From: Lacibacterium aquatile
GTDB taxonomy: Bacteria; Pseudomonadota; Alphaproteobacteria; Elsterales; Elsteraceae
Reading direction: 5' to 3'
Length of the DNA: 24,000 nucleotides
NCBI RefSeq assembly: GCF_042683105.1
Contig: NZ_JBHUIP010000001.1
Span: forward strand, 94,625 to 118,624
Part shown: positions 1 to 9,004 of the stretch, in pieces
Layout of the letters: each line of letters starts with the position of its first letter
Numbering within the stretch: the first letter of the stretch is position 1
Notes under the pieces: generated by a model
The model's input: the letters and a program-made list of their open reading frames with translations, nothing else
Databases searched by the model: none
What the model was told of the DNA's origin: nothing
Program-made: the position numbers and the translations under genes

Positions 1-1
1 C

Positions 2-223
2 GTGGAGGAACAGTCGGCAACGATCCTGGATGTCACCCGCAACACCTCCCAGGCCGCTGCGGCAACCCAGGAAATCTCCTCGACCATCGAGAATGTCGCC
101 TCGGGTGCGGAGATCGTGCTGGGCAGCGCCCAGGGGGTCGAACGGTCGGCCAAAGGGCTGGTGAATGATGCGGCAGCCCTGGAGGGCGAAGTTAACCGTC
201 TGATCAGCGATATAAGGGCATAA
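2..223 (+). CDS. Methyl-accepting chemotaxis protein, C-terminal fragment (5' end outside window)
   Basis: Open from the window edge. The translation EEQSATILDVTRNTSQAAAATQEISSTIENVASGAE... matches the MCP signalling-domain C-terminus. Stop TAA at 221-223 is followed by a terminator. Confidence 0.8.
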   Translation: MEEQSATILDVTRNTSQAAAATQEISSTIENVASGAEIVLGSAQGVERSAKGLVNDAAALEGEVNRLISDIRA

Positions 224-252
224 AAAAGGGGCGCCGGTCGGCGCCCCTTTTT
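222..252. terminator. Bidirectional rho-independent terminator between convergent genes
   Basis: AAAAAA (222-227), stem GGGGCGCC (228-235), loop GGTC, stem GGCGCCCC (240-247), then TTTTT (248-252). The A-tract and T-tract allow it to work on both strands. Confidence 0.85.
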
Positions 253-270
253 ACTGTGCAGCTTATGCGC

Positions 271-633
271 CTACCAGGTCCAGGAACCCGGATTGGGATG
301 CGCTTCGCGACGCGACAGATACTTGAGGCCGACGACACAACGCACGATCCACCAGATCACATAGGCCAGCAGCACCAGGAAGCCGATCATAATGAACGAG
401 GTAACAAGCCCGATAACGGCAATCAGGAGGCCGATCCAGAAGGTCCGAATCTGAAAGCGGTAATGGCTCTGGACCCATTCCGCACCGCTGCCTTTATTCA
501 CGTAGGCAACGATAATGCCGATCAGCGGCGTCACACCGACGACCATCCCTGCAAGATACAGGATGTAAATCAACATAGGTAACTTCGCGTCCTTATCATC
601 TACCAAGGACGGTGTGGCCGGTGCTTCGGACAT
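271..633 (-). CDS. Small integral membrane protein, COG3671/DUF4870-like
   Basis: Internal ATG at 633 of the tracked ORF 271..840 gives 120 aa (MSEAPATPSLVDDKDAKLPMLIYILYLAG...HYRFQIRTFWIGLL...). It has three hydrophobic helices and the HY.FQIRTFW motif I associate with this family. The longer ORF version would overlap ppx. Confidence 0.7.
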   Translation of the reverse strand: MSEAPATPSLVDDKDAKLPMLIYILYLAGMVVGVTPLIGIIVAYVNKGSGAEWVQSHYRFQIRTFWIGLLIAVIGLVTSFIMIGFLVLLAYVIWWIVRCVVGLKYLSRREAHPNPGSWTW

Positions 634-676
634 AGATGTCTCACTTTCATTCTTGCGGCAAAACAACGCAGTAAAA

Positions 677-695
677 TTATTCACATTAAGAATAA
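677..695. promoter_or_regulatory. 19-bp perfect inverted repeat TTATTC-N7-GAATAA in an AT-rich promoter region
   Basis: TTATTC (677-682), ACATTAA, GAATAA (690-695). It sits in the only strongly AT-rich stretch (634-730), upstream of the membrane-protein gene, and is nested inside an 8-bp inverted repeat TTCTTGCG (650-657) / CGCAAGAA (698-705). Confidence 0.35.
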
Positions 696-730
696 AGCGC
701 AAGAAATAAGCTTTAACGCGGCTTAAGCAC

Positions 731-2215
731 CTACTTTGCTGAGATGCCCACCTCCGGCAAAATGCGTGTCGGCAGGTCCAAGGTTTTCCCAAGGCTTTCC
801 AGACGGCGATAGACGGCGTCGCCGAGAACCACCGACCCATCGGTCGGCAAGGTGAGCGTCAGGATACCGCCCAGAACCTCCAGGCGGCAGTTGCCAAGCT
901 CGCCCGGCGCGCCGCCCGACAGCAGATACCCTAAGCGCAGACCGATGCCCACCGCCCCCGCCAGCCGCATATCCTCGGCCGAGAGCAGAAGCTGCGCAGT
1001 GCCGTCCGGCAGTTCGTCCCTGGAGGCGCCATAACGCAGAGCGACAGCATAGGCGAGGAACGCCCGCTCCACATGGTCGATGCCATTGACGGGCAGCTGC
1101 AGCACCCGGCGATAAGCCTGGGCCGCGCGATAGTCCGGATGCTCCATCCAGGCAACGTCCGACAGACGGCAAGCCGCCTCCGCCAGTCGGGCCAGACGCG
1201 CATTGATGCCGAGCATGGGCCGCAGGAAGCTCAACAGCTCCTCGAATCCCAACTCGAACCGTCCCGCACCAGCCAGCACGGCGCAGCCCGCCATCAGGGG
1301 ATCCTGTCGCTTGACGCTGGGGCCGAGCTGATCGAACAGCACGCCTTCGCGCAGGCCCGCCGCCGAGAAGACGATCCGGCGCGGACGGGCCACCGCTGCC
1401 AATTGTTCGAACACCAGCGCCGCGTAGGGAAGCGCATCCATGCGCCGCCGCGAGATCGAGGGCTGCTTCTTCAGCTCGTCCTTATCCATCCGATGGATCT
1501 TGGCGAAGAAGGCGGCTGCCTCGTCGGCGGGAACGGCATAATGGTGGATGATATGCAGCGGATAATGCCGATGATCCATCAGCATGCGCGCCAGCGCGCG
1601 CCAGGCGCCGCCGACAGCATAGAAATCCCGGCCCTGCAGCCGATCCAGCCAGGGGAGCGTCTGCAGCTCTTTCTTGATCAGATTCCCAGCTTTGCGCGAC
1701 GATCCGCCGGACTGATCCAGAATGCGAAGCGCGCCCAGCGGCAACGACGTCAGTTCGCCAACCTGTCCGCTGCGCACATCCACCAGCTCCAACGAGCCGC
1801 CGCCCAGATCGCCGACAAAACCATCGGCATCGGGAATGGCAGACAGCAGGCCCAGGGCGGACAGACGCGCCTCTTCCCCACCCGGCAGCACACGAACTTT
1901 GAGACCGCTGATCCGCTCCATCTCAGCCACGAAACTCGGGCCATCTGCGGCATCGCGCACGGCAGAGGTCGCGACGATGATCGTCTCGCAGACGTTCATA
2001 TGGTCCGCGAGCACTCGGAAGCGAGCGAGATTGGTCAAAGCCGATCGGCGCCCCTCGGGATTAAGGCGCCCGGACCCGGCAAGCCCCCGGCCCAACCCGC
2101 ACATGACCTTTTCATTGAAAAGTGTCAGCGGGCTGCGGGAACTGTCTTTATAGACGACCAGACGAATCGAATTCGACCCGATGTCGATAATCGCAACCCG
2201 TTTCGATGTCGGCAT
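731..2215 (-). CDS. ppx: Exopolyphosphatase (Ppx/GppA family)
   Basis: The ORF 731..2245 translation carries the Ppx/GppA N-terminus VAIIDIGSNSIRLVVY and is about 500 aa. The codon at 2245 is TTG. The ATG at 2215 has AGGA 7 nt upstream, so I prefer it. The gene lies directly downstream of ppk. Confidence 0.9.
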   Translation of the reverse strand: MPTSKRVAIIDIGSNSIRLVVYKDSSRSPLTLFNEKVMCGLGRGLAGSGRLNPEGRRSALTNLARFRVLADHMNVCETIIVATSAVRDAADGPSFVAEMERISGLKVRVLPGGEEARLSALGLLSAIPDADGFVGDLGGGSLELVDVRSGQVGELTSLPLGALRILDQSGGSSRKAGNLIKKELQTLPWLDRLQGRDFYAVGGAWRALARMLMDHRHYPLHIIHHYAVPADEAAAFFAKIHRMDKDELKKQPSISRRRMDALPYAALVFEQLAAVARPRRIVFSAAGLREGVLFDQLGPSVKRQDPLMAGCAVLAGAGRFELGFEELLSFLRPMLGINARLARLAEAACRLSDVAWMEHPDYRAAQAYRRVLQLPVNGIDHVERAFLAYAVALRYGASRDELPDGTAQLLLSAEDMRLAGAVGIGLRLGYLLSGGAPGELGNCRLEVLGGILTLTLPTDGSVVLGDAVYRRLESLGKTLDLPTRILPEVGISAK

Positions 2216-2260
2216 GCTGATCCTGTCCGCAGGGAGCGTCGTCAAACGTCGTAATGACGC

Positions 2261-4435
2261 TTACTTCCCGCCCTTACCGCGCCCAGCGCCTTTCTTCAAG
2301 GCCGAACCGCGCCCGGAGAGGCTGGGATTCGTCATAAAGAACGTGTGAGCGCTGAATCCCGCCAGTGCGTCCGAGGGTCGCAGGTAGTTTCCATCGGGCT
2401 GCAGATGCCAGCTCTGCGCCTGATCCTTCAGGTTCGCCGAGATGATCTGATCGAGGATCTGCTGATGCACCGTCGGGTTTTCGATGGGGATCAAAGTTTC
2501 GACACGCCAGTCGAGATTACGCGGCATCCAATCGGCGGAAGAGATAAAGACCTTGGCCTCGCGCGACGGCAGCTCGTGCCCATTGGCAAAGCAGACGCAG
2601 CGCGTATGTTCCAGGAAACGGCCGACGATGCTCTTGACCCGGATATTCTCCGACAGGCCCTTCACGCCCGGGCGCAGGCAACAGATGCCCCGGATGATGA
2701 GATCGATCTGCACCCCGGCGTTGGACGCCATATAGAGCGCGTCGATCAGTTCGGGATCGACCAGCGCATTCATCTTGGCCCAGATCGCCGCGGGCTTGCC
2801 CGCACGCGCATTGACGATTTCCTGCTGGATATGCCGCAGCAAGGTCGCCCGCAGCGTCACCGGCGCGAAGGAGAGCTTCTCCAGGCTGGCAGGCTGCGCA
2901 TAGCCGGTCATGAAGTTGAACAGGCGGCTCGCATCCCGGCACAGGGCCGGATCGGAGGTGAAGAACGACAGGTCGGTATAGACCTTGGCCGTGATCGGAT
3001 GATAATTGCCGGTCCCCAGATGGACGTAAGAACGCAAGGATCCCGACTCGCGCCGCACGACCAGCGAGATCTTGGCGTGGGTCTTTAGGTCGATGAAGCC
3101 ATAGACGACCTGTGCGCCTGCCCGCTCCAACTCATGCGCCCAGCGGATATTGGCTTCTTCGTCGAAACGCGCCTTCAGCTCAACCAGCGCCGTCACCGAC
3201 TTGCCCGCTTCGGCGGCGGCTACCAGTTCACGCACGATGGGGCTGTCGTCGGAGGTGCGATAGAGCGTCTGTTTGATCGCGATGACGTTCGGATCGCGCG
3301 CTGCCTGCCGCAGGAACTGCACCACCACGTCGAAGCTCTCGTACGGGTGATGGACGACGATATCCTTCTGGCGGATGGCCCCCAGGCAATCGCCGCCAAA
3401 ATCGCGGATACGTTCGGGGAAACGCGCGTTATAGGGGGTGAAGAGCAGGTCCGGGCGATCGTCGACGATGATCTGCTTGATATCGGTCAGGCCGACCAGC
3501 GTGGAGGTATCATAGATATCTTCCTCGCTCACATGCAGTTGATCGATCAGGAAACTGCGCAGTTCCTGCGGCATGCCTTGATTGACCACCAGACGGATGG
3601 TCAGACCCCGGCGGCGACGCTTCAGGGCACTTTCGAACAGGCGGACGAGGTCTTCGGCCTCCTCGTCGATGTCCATTTCCGAATCGCGGTTAATGCGGAA
3701 GACACCGCCTGCGGCCACCTGGAAGCCGGGAAACAGCCGATCCAGGAAGCGCCCGATCAGATCCTCGACCGTCACGAAGCGGATCGGTTCGCCCGGCAGG
3801 CGCACGAAACGGCGCGTCTGGGCGGGAATGGGAACCAGCGCCTTCATCTGCTTGCCATCGCTCGGCCGCACCAGTTGCAGCACAAGCCCGAGGCCACGAT
3901 TGGGAATGAAGGGGAAAGGATGCGCCGGATCAATGGCGAGCGGGGTCAGGATCGGGAAGACTTCCTGGTCGAAGAAGTCGCTCATCCAGGCCAGCTCTTC
4001 GGCCGTGTGATGGCCATCGTCCTTCATCGAGATCCCGGCATCATCATCGATGATAGAGATCCCGGCCTCGACCAGGGATTCACGCAGGCGCGCCCAGATA
4101 TTCTCCTGCTGGTCGGTCAGATTGCCGACGACCCGATGCACTTCGTCCAATTGCTGTGCCGGGGTCAGGCCATCCTGCGAGACGCCAGCGACACCATTGG
4201 CCACCTGCCCCTTGAGGCCTGCCACGCGCACCATGAAGAATTCATCGAGGTTGGCCTCGGAAATCGACAGGAACCGCACCCGTTCCAGCAGCGGATGATG
4301 GGCATTGCCCGCCTCTTCCAGCACCCGCTGATTAAAAGCCAGCCAGGAGACTTCGCGATTGATGAACCGCTGCGGCGACGCGCGGTTGATCTCAATCGGG
4401 GCGGCAGCTTCGGGTGTCGGAACGACGGACAGCAT
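2261..4435 (-). CDS. ppk: Polyphosphate kinase 1
   Basis: 724 aa with canonical PPK1 features ([19 protein letters not shown]..., ...[11 protein letters not shown]..., GTGNYHP...). ATG at 4435, with AAGGA 8 nt upstream. Confidence 0.97.
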   Translation of the reverse strand: MLSVVPTPEAAAPIEINRASPQRFINREVSWLAFNQRVLEEAGNAHHPLLERVRFLSISEANLDEFFMVRVAGLKGQVANGVAGVSQDGLTPAQQLDEVHRVVGNLTDQQENIWARLRESLVEAGISIIDDDAGISMKDDGHHTAEELAWMSDFFDQEVFPILTPLAIDPAHPFPFIPNRGLGLVLQLVRPSDGKQMKALVPIPAQTRRFVRLPGEPIRFVTVEDLIGRFLDRLFPGFQVAAGGVFRINRDSEMDIDEEAEDLVRLFESALKRRRRGLTIRLVVNQGMPQELRSFLIDQLHVSEEDIYDTSTLVGLTDIKQIIVDDRPDLLFTPYNARFPERIRDFGGDCLGAIRQKDIVVHHPYESFDVVVQFLRQAARDPNVIAIKQTLYRTSDDSPIVRELVAAAEAGKSVTALVELKARFDEEANIRWAHELERAGAQVVYGFIDLKTHAKISLVVRRESGSLRSYVHLGTGNYHPITAKVYTDLSFFTSDPALCRDASRLFNFMTGYAQPASLEKLSFAPVTLRATLLRHIQQEIVNARAGKPAAIWAKMNALVDPELIDALYMASNAGVQIDLIIRGICCLRPGVKGLSENIRVKSIVGRFLEHTRCVCFANGHELPSREAKVFISSADWMPRNLDWRVETLIPIENPTVHQQILDQIISANLKDQAQSWHLQPDGNYLRPSDALAGFSAHTFFMTNPSLSGRGSALKKGAGRGKGGK

Positions 4436-4528
4436 GGATCGGTCCTTGGATAAGCTAATTCAGGGATTGCCTATCGCTATACCATGGTCGAAGCCGCTTC
4501 AGGATGACAAGTCGGTTACGGTTGGCGC

Positions 4529-5179
4529 CTAAAGCACCTGGCGCGCCAAAGCAGCGGTGATGGGCCTCTGCAAAGCCAGCGACGCTGCATCCAGCTGCGC
4601 GATCACATCGCGGGCGGCGGCATAGGAACGCTCAATCCGCTTTGCCAGATAGTCGGGCAGCGCCGGATCGACCATGACCTGACGATCCACCAGCAGTTTC
4701 ACCAGCAGGGCTTTGAGGTGGGCATCGTCCGGCTCGCCGATGGCAACATGGGGCAAAGCTGCCAGACGTGATCCAAGGTCGCGCAGCTTGACCGGCCAGC
4801 GCGCGGGCGGCTCGACACTGGTCATGACCAGGAACGCTTTCTGCTCACGCACCAGATTGATCAGGTGGAACAGCGCCTCTTCCTGATAGGGGGTCGGCAC
4901 CGGATCCAGCAGCAGCGCCCCGCCCGGCTTCACAAGGTCACGGGCAGGCGAGCGGCTGAGGATATGGCGGTCGAGAGTGACCGCCCCCGCCCGCGCGGCC
5001 CAGATGGCGGCCAGATGGCTCTTGCCTGCCCCGCTGGGGCCCGACAGGGCCAGGATGCGGTCGGGCCACTCCGGCCAATTGTCGACCCATGCAGCCGCCT
5101 CGGCATTGGGTGCGCCGATCAGGAAGTCATCTTCTCCAAATGACGGAGAAAACCCAAAGGCCAGCGGCAATTGTGCCAT
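4529..5179 (-). CDS. hdaA: DnaA regulatory inactivator HdaA (DnaA-related AAA+ protein)
   Basis: 216 aa. N-terminal QLPLAF clamp-binding-like motif and Walker A GPSGAGKSHL. Alphaproteobacterial HdaA size and layout. Confidence 0.85.
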   Translation of the reverse strand: MAQLPLAFGFSPSFGEDDFLIGAPNAEAAAWVDNWPEWPDRILALSGPSGAGKSHLAAIWAARAGAVTLDRHILSRSPARDLVKPGGALLLDPVPTPYQEEALFHLINLVREQKAFLVMTSVEPPARWPVKLRDLGSRLAALPHVAIGEPDDAHLKALLVKLLVDRQVMVDPALPDYLAKRIERSYAAARDVIAQLDAASLALQRPITAALARQVL

Positions 5180-5185
5180 GGGACG

Positions 5186-6289
5186 TTACGGCGCCTGATC
5201 GTCAGGCAGAGGCTGGCCGCTCAACTTATCCTGAACCGAATGATCGTAGAGCGAACTGGACATATAACCGCTGATGGCAAAACGCGCAGCCACACCGATG
5301 ATCGCCATGACCGGCACCGCCAGCAGCACGCCGAGAAAGCCAAACAGTGCGCCACCGGCAAGCAGGGCGAAGATCACCCACATCGGATGCAGCTTGACCC
5401 GGTCGCCCACCAGCCAGGGCTGAAGGACATAACCTTCCAGCACCTGCCCCACCACGAAGACGCCCGCGACGATGGCGACACTCACGAAGCTGTCGAACTG
5501 CAGGAGCGCCAATCCGACGGAAGCGACGCCGCCGACAATCGCGCCCACGAAGGGAATGAAGGACAGGATGCCCGCCAGCATGCCGATGATGAGGCCGAAA
5601 TCCAGCCCCACCGCCGTCAGGCCGATGGCATAAAAGGTCCCAAGGCTCAGGCAAAGAAGCGCCTGCCCGCGCACAAAGCCTGCCAGGATCTCGTCGACTT
5701 CGCGGGCTTGCTCCCGGGCGACCTCAAGATGCTGACGCGGCAGCAGCATGTCGATACGGTCGACCAGCCGGTCCCAGTCCCGCAGGAAATAGAACGCAAC
5801 AACCGGCGTGATCAGGACGAGGGAGACGATATTGACGAAGGCAGCGCCCTGCGCCACGACACTCCCCAGCAGGCCTGCGACATAGGAGAGCGCCTGCCCT
5901 GGATCGCCAATCTGGTCGCGCAGCGACCGCATCTCTTCAGGCGCGACACCGATTTCGTTCTGAATATCGATCAACAGGCTGTCGGCCCGGTCGCGCAGGG
6001 CCGTCAACATCGTCGGCAGCCGCTGGATAAGCTCCGTCACCTGCCCCTGGAGCAGCGGCACGAACAGCAGCAGCACCAGCAGGATCGTCAGGAAGAACAC
6101 GACGATCATAATCGCCGCGCCTAATGTGCGCGGGACACGCTGCCGCTCCAGCCAATCGACCGAGGGATCGAGGACATAGGCGATGGCCATGCCGGCCACA
6201 AACGGCAGCAAGATGGGCGACAGCAGCCAGATCAGCGCAAGAAAACACGCGATCAGAACCGCCCAGATGACCTGCCGTTGGTGAAGCAT
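5186..6289 (-). CDS. AI-2E family transporter (PerM/UPF0118-type permease)
   Basis: 367 aa starting at the ATG at 6289 (MLHQRQVIWAVLIACF...). Polytopic membrane protein with the family's typical length and helix pattern. The start overlaps the upstream stop (TGATG at 6291..6287). The tracked ORF's extra N-terminal 45 aa are not hydrophobic and overlap the upstream gene. Confidence 0.8.
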   Translation of the reverse strand: MLHQRQVIWAVLIACFLALIWLLSPILLPFVAGMAIAYVLDPSVDWLERQRVPRTLGAAIMIVVFFLTILLVLLLFVPLLQGQVTELIQRLPTMLTALRDRADSLLIDIQNEIGVAPEEMRSLRDQIGDPGQALSYVAGLLGSVVAQGAAFVNIVSLVLITPVVAFYFLRDWDRLVDRIDMLLPRQHLEVAREQAREVDEILAGFVRGQALLCLSLGTFYAIGLTAVGLDFGLIIGMLAGILSFIPFVGAIVGGVASVGLALLQFDSFVSVAIVAGVFVVGQVLEGYVLQPWLVGDRVKLHPMWVIFALLAGGALFGFLGVLLAVPVMAIIGVAARFAISGYMSSSLYDHSVQDKLSGQPLPDDQAP

Positions 6290-6684
6290 CAGACCCCCAG
6301 TTTCCGCACGACCCGGACGATCAGCCATCCGGCGAAGGCCAAGGTTGCAATGGCAGTTGTCGAGAAGATGGCAAGCTCGACTTCCGGCCATTCCAACCCC
6401 TGCCTCAGCGACAGGGCGAGCCAAAGCAGAGCCAGAGCCTGAAGGACGAACACCCCCCAGATCATATTCCCGGTAGCAACCTCGCGCCGACGGGCAGCCC
6501 CGACAGCGGCGGCATGCAGAGCAACGATCATCGCCAGCCAGTCGGGAATCAGCTCCCGCATGGTCAGGCTGGCGAAAACAAAGACGCCTGCCAGGGCCAA
6601 AGGCATCGCCAGCGGATGCTGGCGCGCGGCAGAAGCAGCCGATGCGACACCGGCTGCGCTGGTTTCAAAGGTACGGTCGGTCAT
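6289..6684 (-). CDS. Hypothetical small membrane protein (about 4 TM helices)
   Basis: 131-aa ORF wedged between the neighbouring genes (2-nt gap upstream, 1-nt overlap downstream). Four hydrophobic segments. I recognise no family. Confidence 0.55.
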   Translation of the reverse strand: MTDRTFETSAAGVASAASAARQHPLAMPLALAGVFVFASLTMRELIPDWLAMIVALHAAAVGAARRREVATGNMIWGVFVLQALALLWLALSLRQGLEWPEVELAIFSTTAIATLAFAGWLIVRVVRKLGV

Positions 6685-6686
6685 GA

Positions 6687-7859
6687 TCAGGGGGTCGTTA
6701 CCGGCGGATTGGTTGCGGGAACCGGCGCAGTTGTCGGTGCGGGTGCAGCCGGGACAGGAGCCGGAGCCGTCACCTGGCCGGTGAAGCGCAGGCGCCAGCC
6801 GTCCTCGGCTTCCTCGATGGCAAGCTGACGGGCGGCCAGGGCGCTCTTCGCCTGCTCCAGCGAGCTCGCAAGCTCAAGTCCGACGATCGCTTCACGCGGG
6901 GCTACCGCACGGACATTGACGGTGCGGATCTGCGGAATGGTGGCGAGGCGACGGCGGATCTCCTGCCACTCGGCCAGACCGGACAGAGGGACACGGGCAT
7001 CGAAGGCGGTCGGACCGCCCACCATGCCGGAGGTGGCCGGAGTGCCGCGCTCGGACTTCCACTTATGTTCGAGGCCAGCGGTCAGTTCGGCGGCGAGCTT
7101 ATAGAGCCCCTCTTCCCTTGTATCCATCGGGCCCAGGGGAACGCGGGCAGTGGCGATGGTGGCACCCCCCTGCTTCAGGGTACCGACCACGCCTGACGGC
7201 TCGAAAGCCGCCATCGCGACCACGACGTCGATGGCGCTATAGCGCGTCAGCAGCATCTGGGCCGAATTGGCACTGGCCTGTTCGGCGGCGGCGGCATCGA
7301 CCACGGCAGCGTCTTCAGCACCGCCGCGCGGCAGGACAAGCGGCACCAGACCGGCACGCAGGGGGCGCTGGCTCCAGGTCAGCTTCCAGTCGTTGTCCGC
7401 TTCCCAGAGCTTGCGGGTGCTGTTCGCTTCGATCAGCAAGGGAAGAACCACCACAGGGCGCGCCTGACCTTCGGTGAAGGCCATGCCCGCGCCCCGGAAG
7501 ACCTGACGAACCGCCGCCGGGCGGAAGCGATAGGTCATGATGGCGATATAGCGCACGGTCGATGCCTGTTCGCGCTCCACCTGGAAGCCTTCGACCAGAC
7601 CAGCGATCTCGCGGCTCGGCATCCCGGTCAGGCGGGGGGCGGCGCTGGGGTCGAGCGCAAGCTTCTCCACCAGCCGGGTCCAGGCCACCGTTTGGCCTTC
7701 GGCAATCGCGCCATCGCGGGCGACGGCGGCCGAAGCGGCGGTCTTATCGACCGGCACACCACTGATGGAAAAGGCCTCGTCGGCCGCTTTTGCAGCGGTT
7801 ACGGAGAGGAACAACGCCAAAACTGGCGCCATAAGGCGAAAAGCGTAGGGTCGCACCAT
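6687..7859 (-). CDS. Secreted protein of unknown function, DUF2066-like, with Pro/Ala-rich C-terminal tail
   Basis: 390 aa. Sec signal peptide MVRPYAFRLMAPVLALFLSVTAAKA/AD. The tail is APAPVPAAPAPTTAPVPATNPPVTTP. The position divergent from purM matches the DUF2066 gene I recall in other proteobacteria. Confidence 0.6.
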   Translation of the reverse strand: MVRPYAFRLMAPVLALFLSVTAAKAADEAFSISGVPVDKTAASAAVARDGAIAEGQTVAWTRLVEKLALDPSAAPRLTGMPSREIAGLVEGFQVEREQASTVRYIAIMTYRFRPAAVRQVFRGAGMAFTEGQARPVVVLPLLIEANSTRKLWEADNDWKLTWSQRPLRAGLVPLVLPRGGAEDAAVVDAAAAEQASANSAQMLLTRYSAIDVVVAMAAFEPSGVVGTLKQGGATIATARVPLGPMDTREEGLYKLAAELTAGLEHKWKSERGTPATSGMVGGPTAFDARVPLSGLAEWQEIRRRLATIPQIRTVNVRAVAPREAIVGLELASSLEQAKSALAARQLAIEEAEDGWRLRFTGQVTAPAPVPAAPAPTTAPVPATNPPVTTP

Positions 7860-7951
7860 TGCATTCGATCCCGGATCGGCTATTGTCCCGCGTTACCGCA
7901 GCGGGCCATCGCGGCCCCTCCTTCTAGCCTATCGAAGACGGGGAAGTCACC

Positions 7952-9004
7952 ATTCAGAACCATCGCACCTATAAGGATGCCGGCGTCGACATCGATGCAG
8001 GTAATGCCCTTGTCGAAGCGATCAAGCCGCTCGCTCGTTCCACCGCACGTCCGGGGGCCGATGCTGCCTTGGGCGGATTTGGCGCTTTTTTCGATCTGAA
8101 AGCCGCCGGTTTCACCGATCCGTTGCTGGTTGCGACCACCGACGGCGTCGGCACGAAGCTGAAGCTGGCCATCGAAACCGGCCTTCATGACACCGTCGGC
8201 ATCGACCTTGTCGCCATGTGCGTCAATGATCTGGTGGTTCAGGGCGCGACGCCGCTGCTGTTCCTCGATTATTACGCGACCGGCAAGCTCGACGTCGAAA
8301 CCGGCAAGTCCATCGTCTCCGGCATCGCCGAAGGCTGCCGTCAGGCGGGCTGCGCGCTCGTCGGGGGCGAGACCGCCGAAATGCCGGGCATGTATCCCGA
8401 GGGCGATTATGACCTCGCGGGCTTCTCGGTCGGTGCGGTCGAACGCAACGGCGTGATCACCGGGACCCAGATCGAAGCAGGCGATATCGTCATCGGCCTG
8501 CGCTCGGCCGGTGTGCATTCCAACGGCTTCTCGCTGGTCCGCAAGATCGTCGAGAGCATGGATCTCACCAAGCCCGCGCCCTTCATGCCGGAAAAGTCGC
8601 TGGGCGAAGCCCTGCTGACCCCGACCCGCATCTATGTGCGCTCCTGCCTTGCCGTCATGCAGGCAGCCCGCGTGAAGGGCTTTGCCCATATCACTGGCGG
8701 CGGCCTGACCGAGAATATTCCGCGTGTCCTGCCGAAGGGCCTGGGCGTGGAGCTGGACGGCACCACCTGGAAGGCCCCGGCCGTCATGGGTTGGCTCGCC
8801 AGCCAGGGTGTGCTCGATGCCGAAATGGCCCGCGTCTTCAATTGCGGGATCGGCATGGTCGTCATCATGGACCAGAAGTACGCTGACAGCGCCATCGCCG
8901 CCCTGACTTCGGCCGGTGAAAACGCGTCGGTTATCGGCCGGGTTGTGGCCACTGACAGCGAACATCGCGTCAGCTACTCCAACCTCGCTGCTGCATGGTC
9001 CTGA
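7952..9004 (+). CDS. purM: Phosphoribosylformylglycinamidine cyclo-ligase (AIR synthetase)
   Basis: The frame of ORF 8069..9004 extends upstream to a stop at 7925-7927 and encodes the conserved N-terminus [22 protein letters not shown].. before the first canonical start (TTG 8069). The start is placed provisionally at ATT 7952 (GGGGAAG lies 5 nt upstream). Gene identity is certain; the start codon is not. Confidence 0.9.
   Translation: MQNHRTYKDAGVDIDAGNALVEAIKPLARSTARPGADAALGGFGAFFDLKAAGFTDPLLVATTDGVGTKLKLAIETGLHDTVGIDLVAMCVNDLVVQGATPLLFLDYYATGKLDVETGKSIVSGIAEGCRQAGCALVGGETAEMPGMYPEGDYDLAGFSVGAVERNGVITGTQIEAGDIVIGLRSAGVHSNGFSLVRKIVESMDLTKPAPFMPEKSLGEALLTPTRIYVRSCLAVMQAARVKGFAHITGGGLTENIPRVLPKGLGVELDGTTWKAPAVMGWLASQGVLDAEMARVFNCGIGMVVIMDQKYADSAIAALTSAGENASVIGRVVATDSEHRVSYSNLAAAWS

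Noticed and set aside
723-1203. Short overlapping ORFs in alternative frames of annotated genes: 723..1172, 931..1203, 1722..2153, 3582..4010, 5226..5654, 7118..7477, 16805..17293, 18092..18625 and others.
   Set aside because: These are off-frame products within strongly supported genes. They have Arg/Pro/Ala-rich compositions and no independent start signals.
1073-2254. Long antisense ORFs opposite real genes: 1073..2254 (393 aa), 3134..4453 (439 aa), 5171..6124 (317 aa), 7880..8965 (361 aa), 13061..14563 (500 aa), plus 8974..9522, 11569..12120, 20776..21231, 22420..23001 and 23065..23607.
   Set aside because: Each lies exactly opposite a gene with unmistakable family motifs (ppx, ppk, permease, purM, pepA and others). 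Their translations are Arg/Ala/Gly/Pro-rich and low in complexity, with no motifs. Such shadow ORFs are expected in GC-rich DNA because antisense frames contain few stop codons.
4436-4528. Pho box upstream of ppk.
   Set aside because: Only one TTGTCAT-like half-site is present (complement of 4504-4511). There is no second repeat at the 11-nt spacing a PhoB site requires.
5186-6424. Full-length 412-aa version of the AI-2E ORF, and the 189-aa version of ORF 271..840.
   Set aside because: The N-terminal extensions are non-hydrophobic, Arg/Gly-rich, and overlap the upstream genes (6289..6684 and ppx respectively). Internal ATGs at 6289 and 633 give proteins that begin right at the first family-typical segments.
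7860-7951. Possible ZTP (pfl) or purine riboswitch in the purM 5' region.
   Set aside because: The region is only about 70-90 nt. I could not find the conserved ZTP elements I remember (a GGGTCGTGACTGGCG-like 5' part and a CCGCCTGGGC 3' part), and I could not find a purine-riboswitch three-way junction either. Only short hairpins are present.
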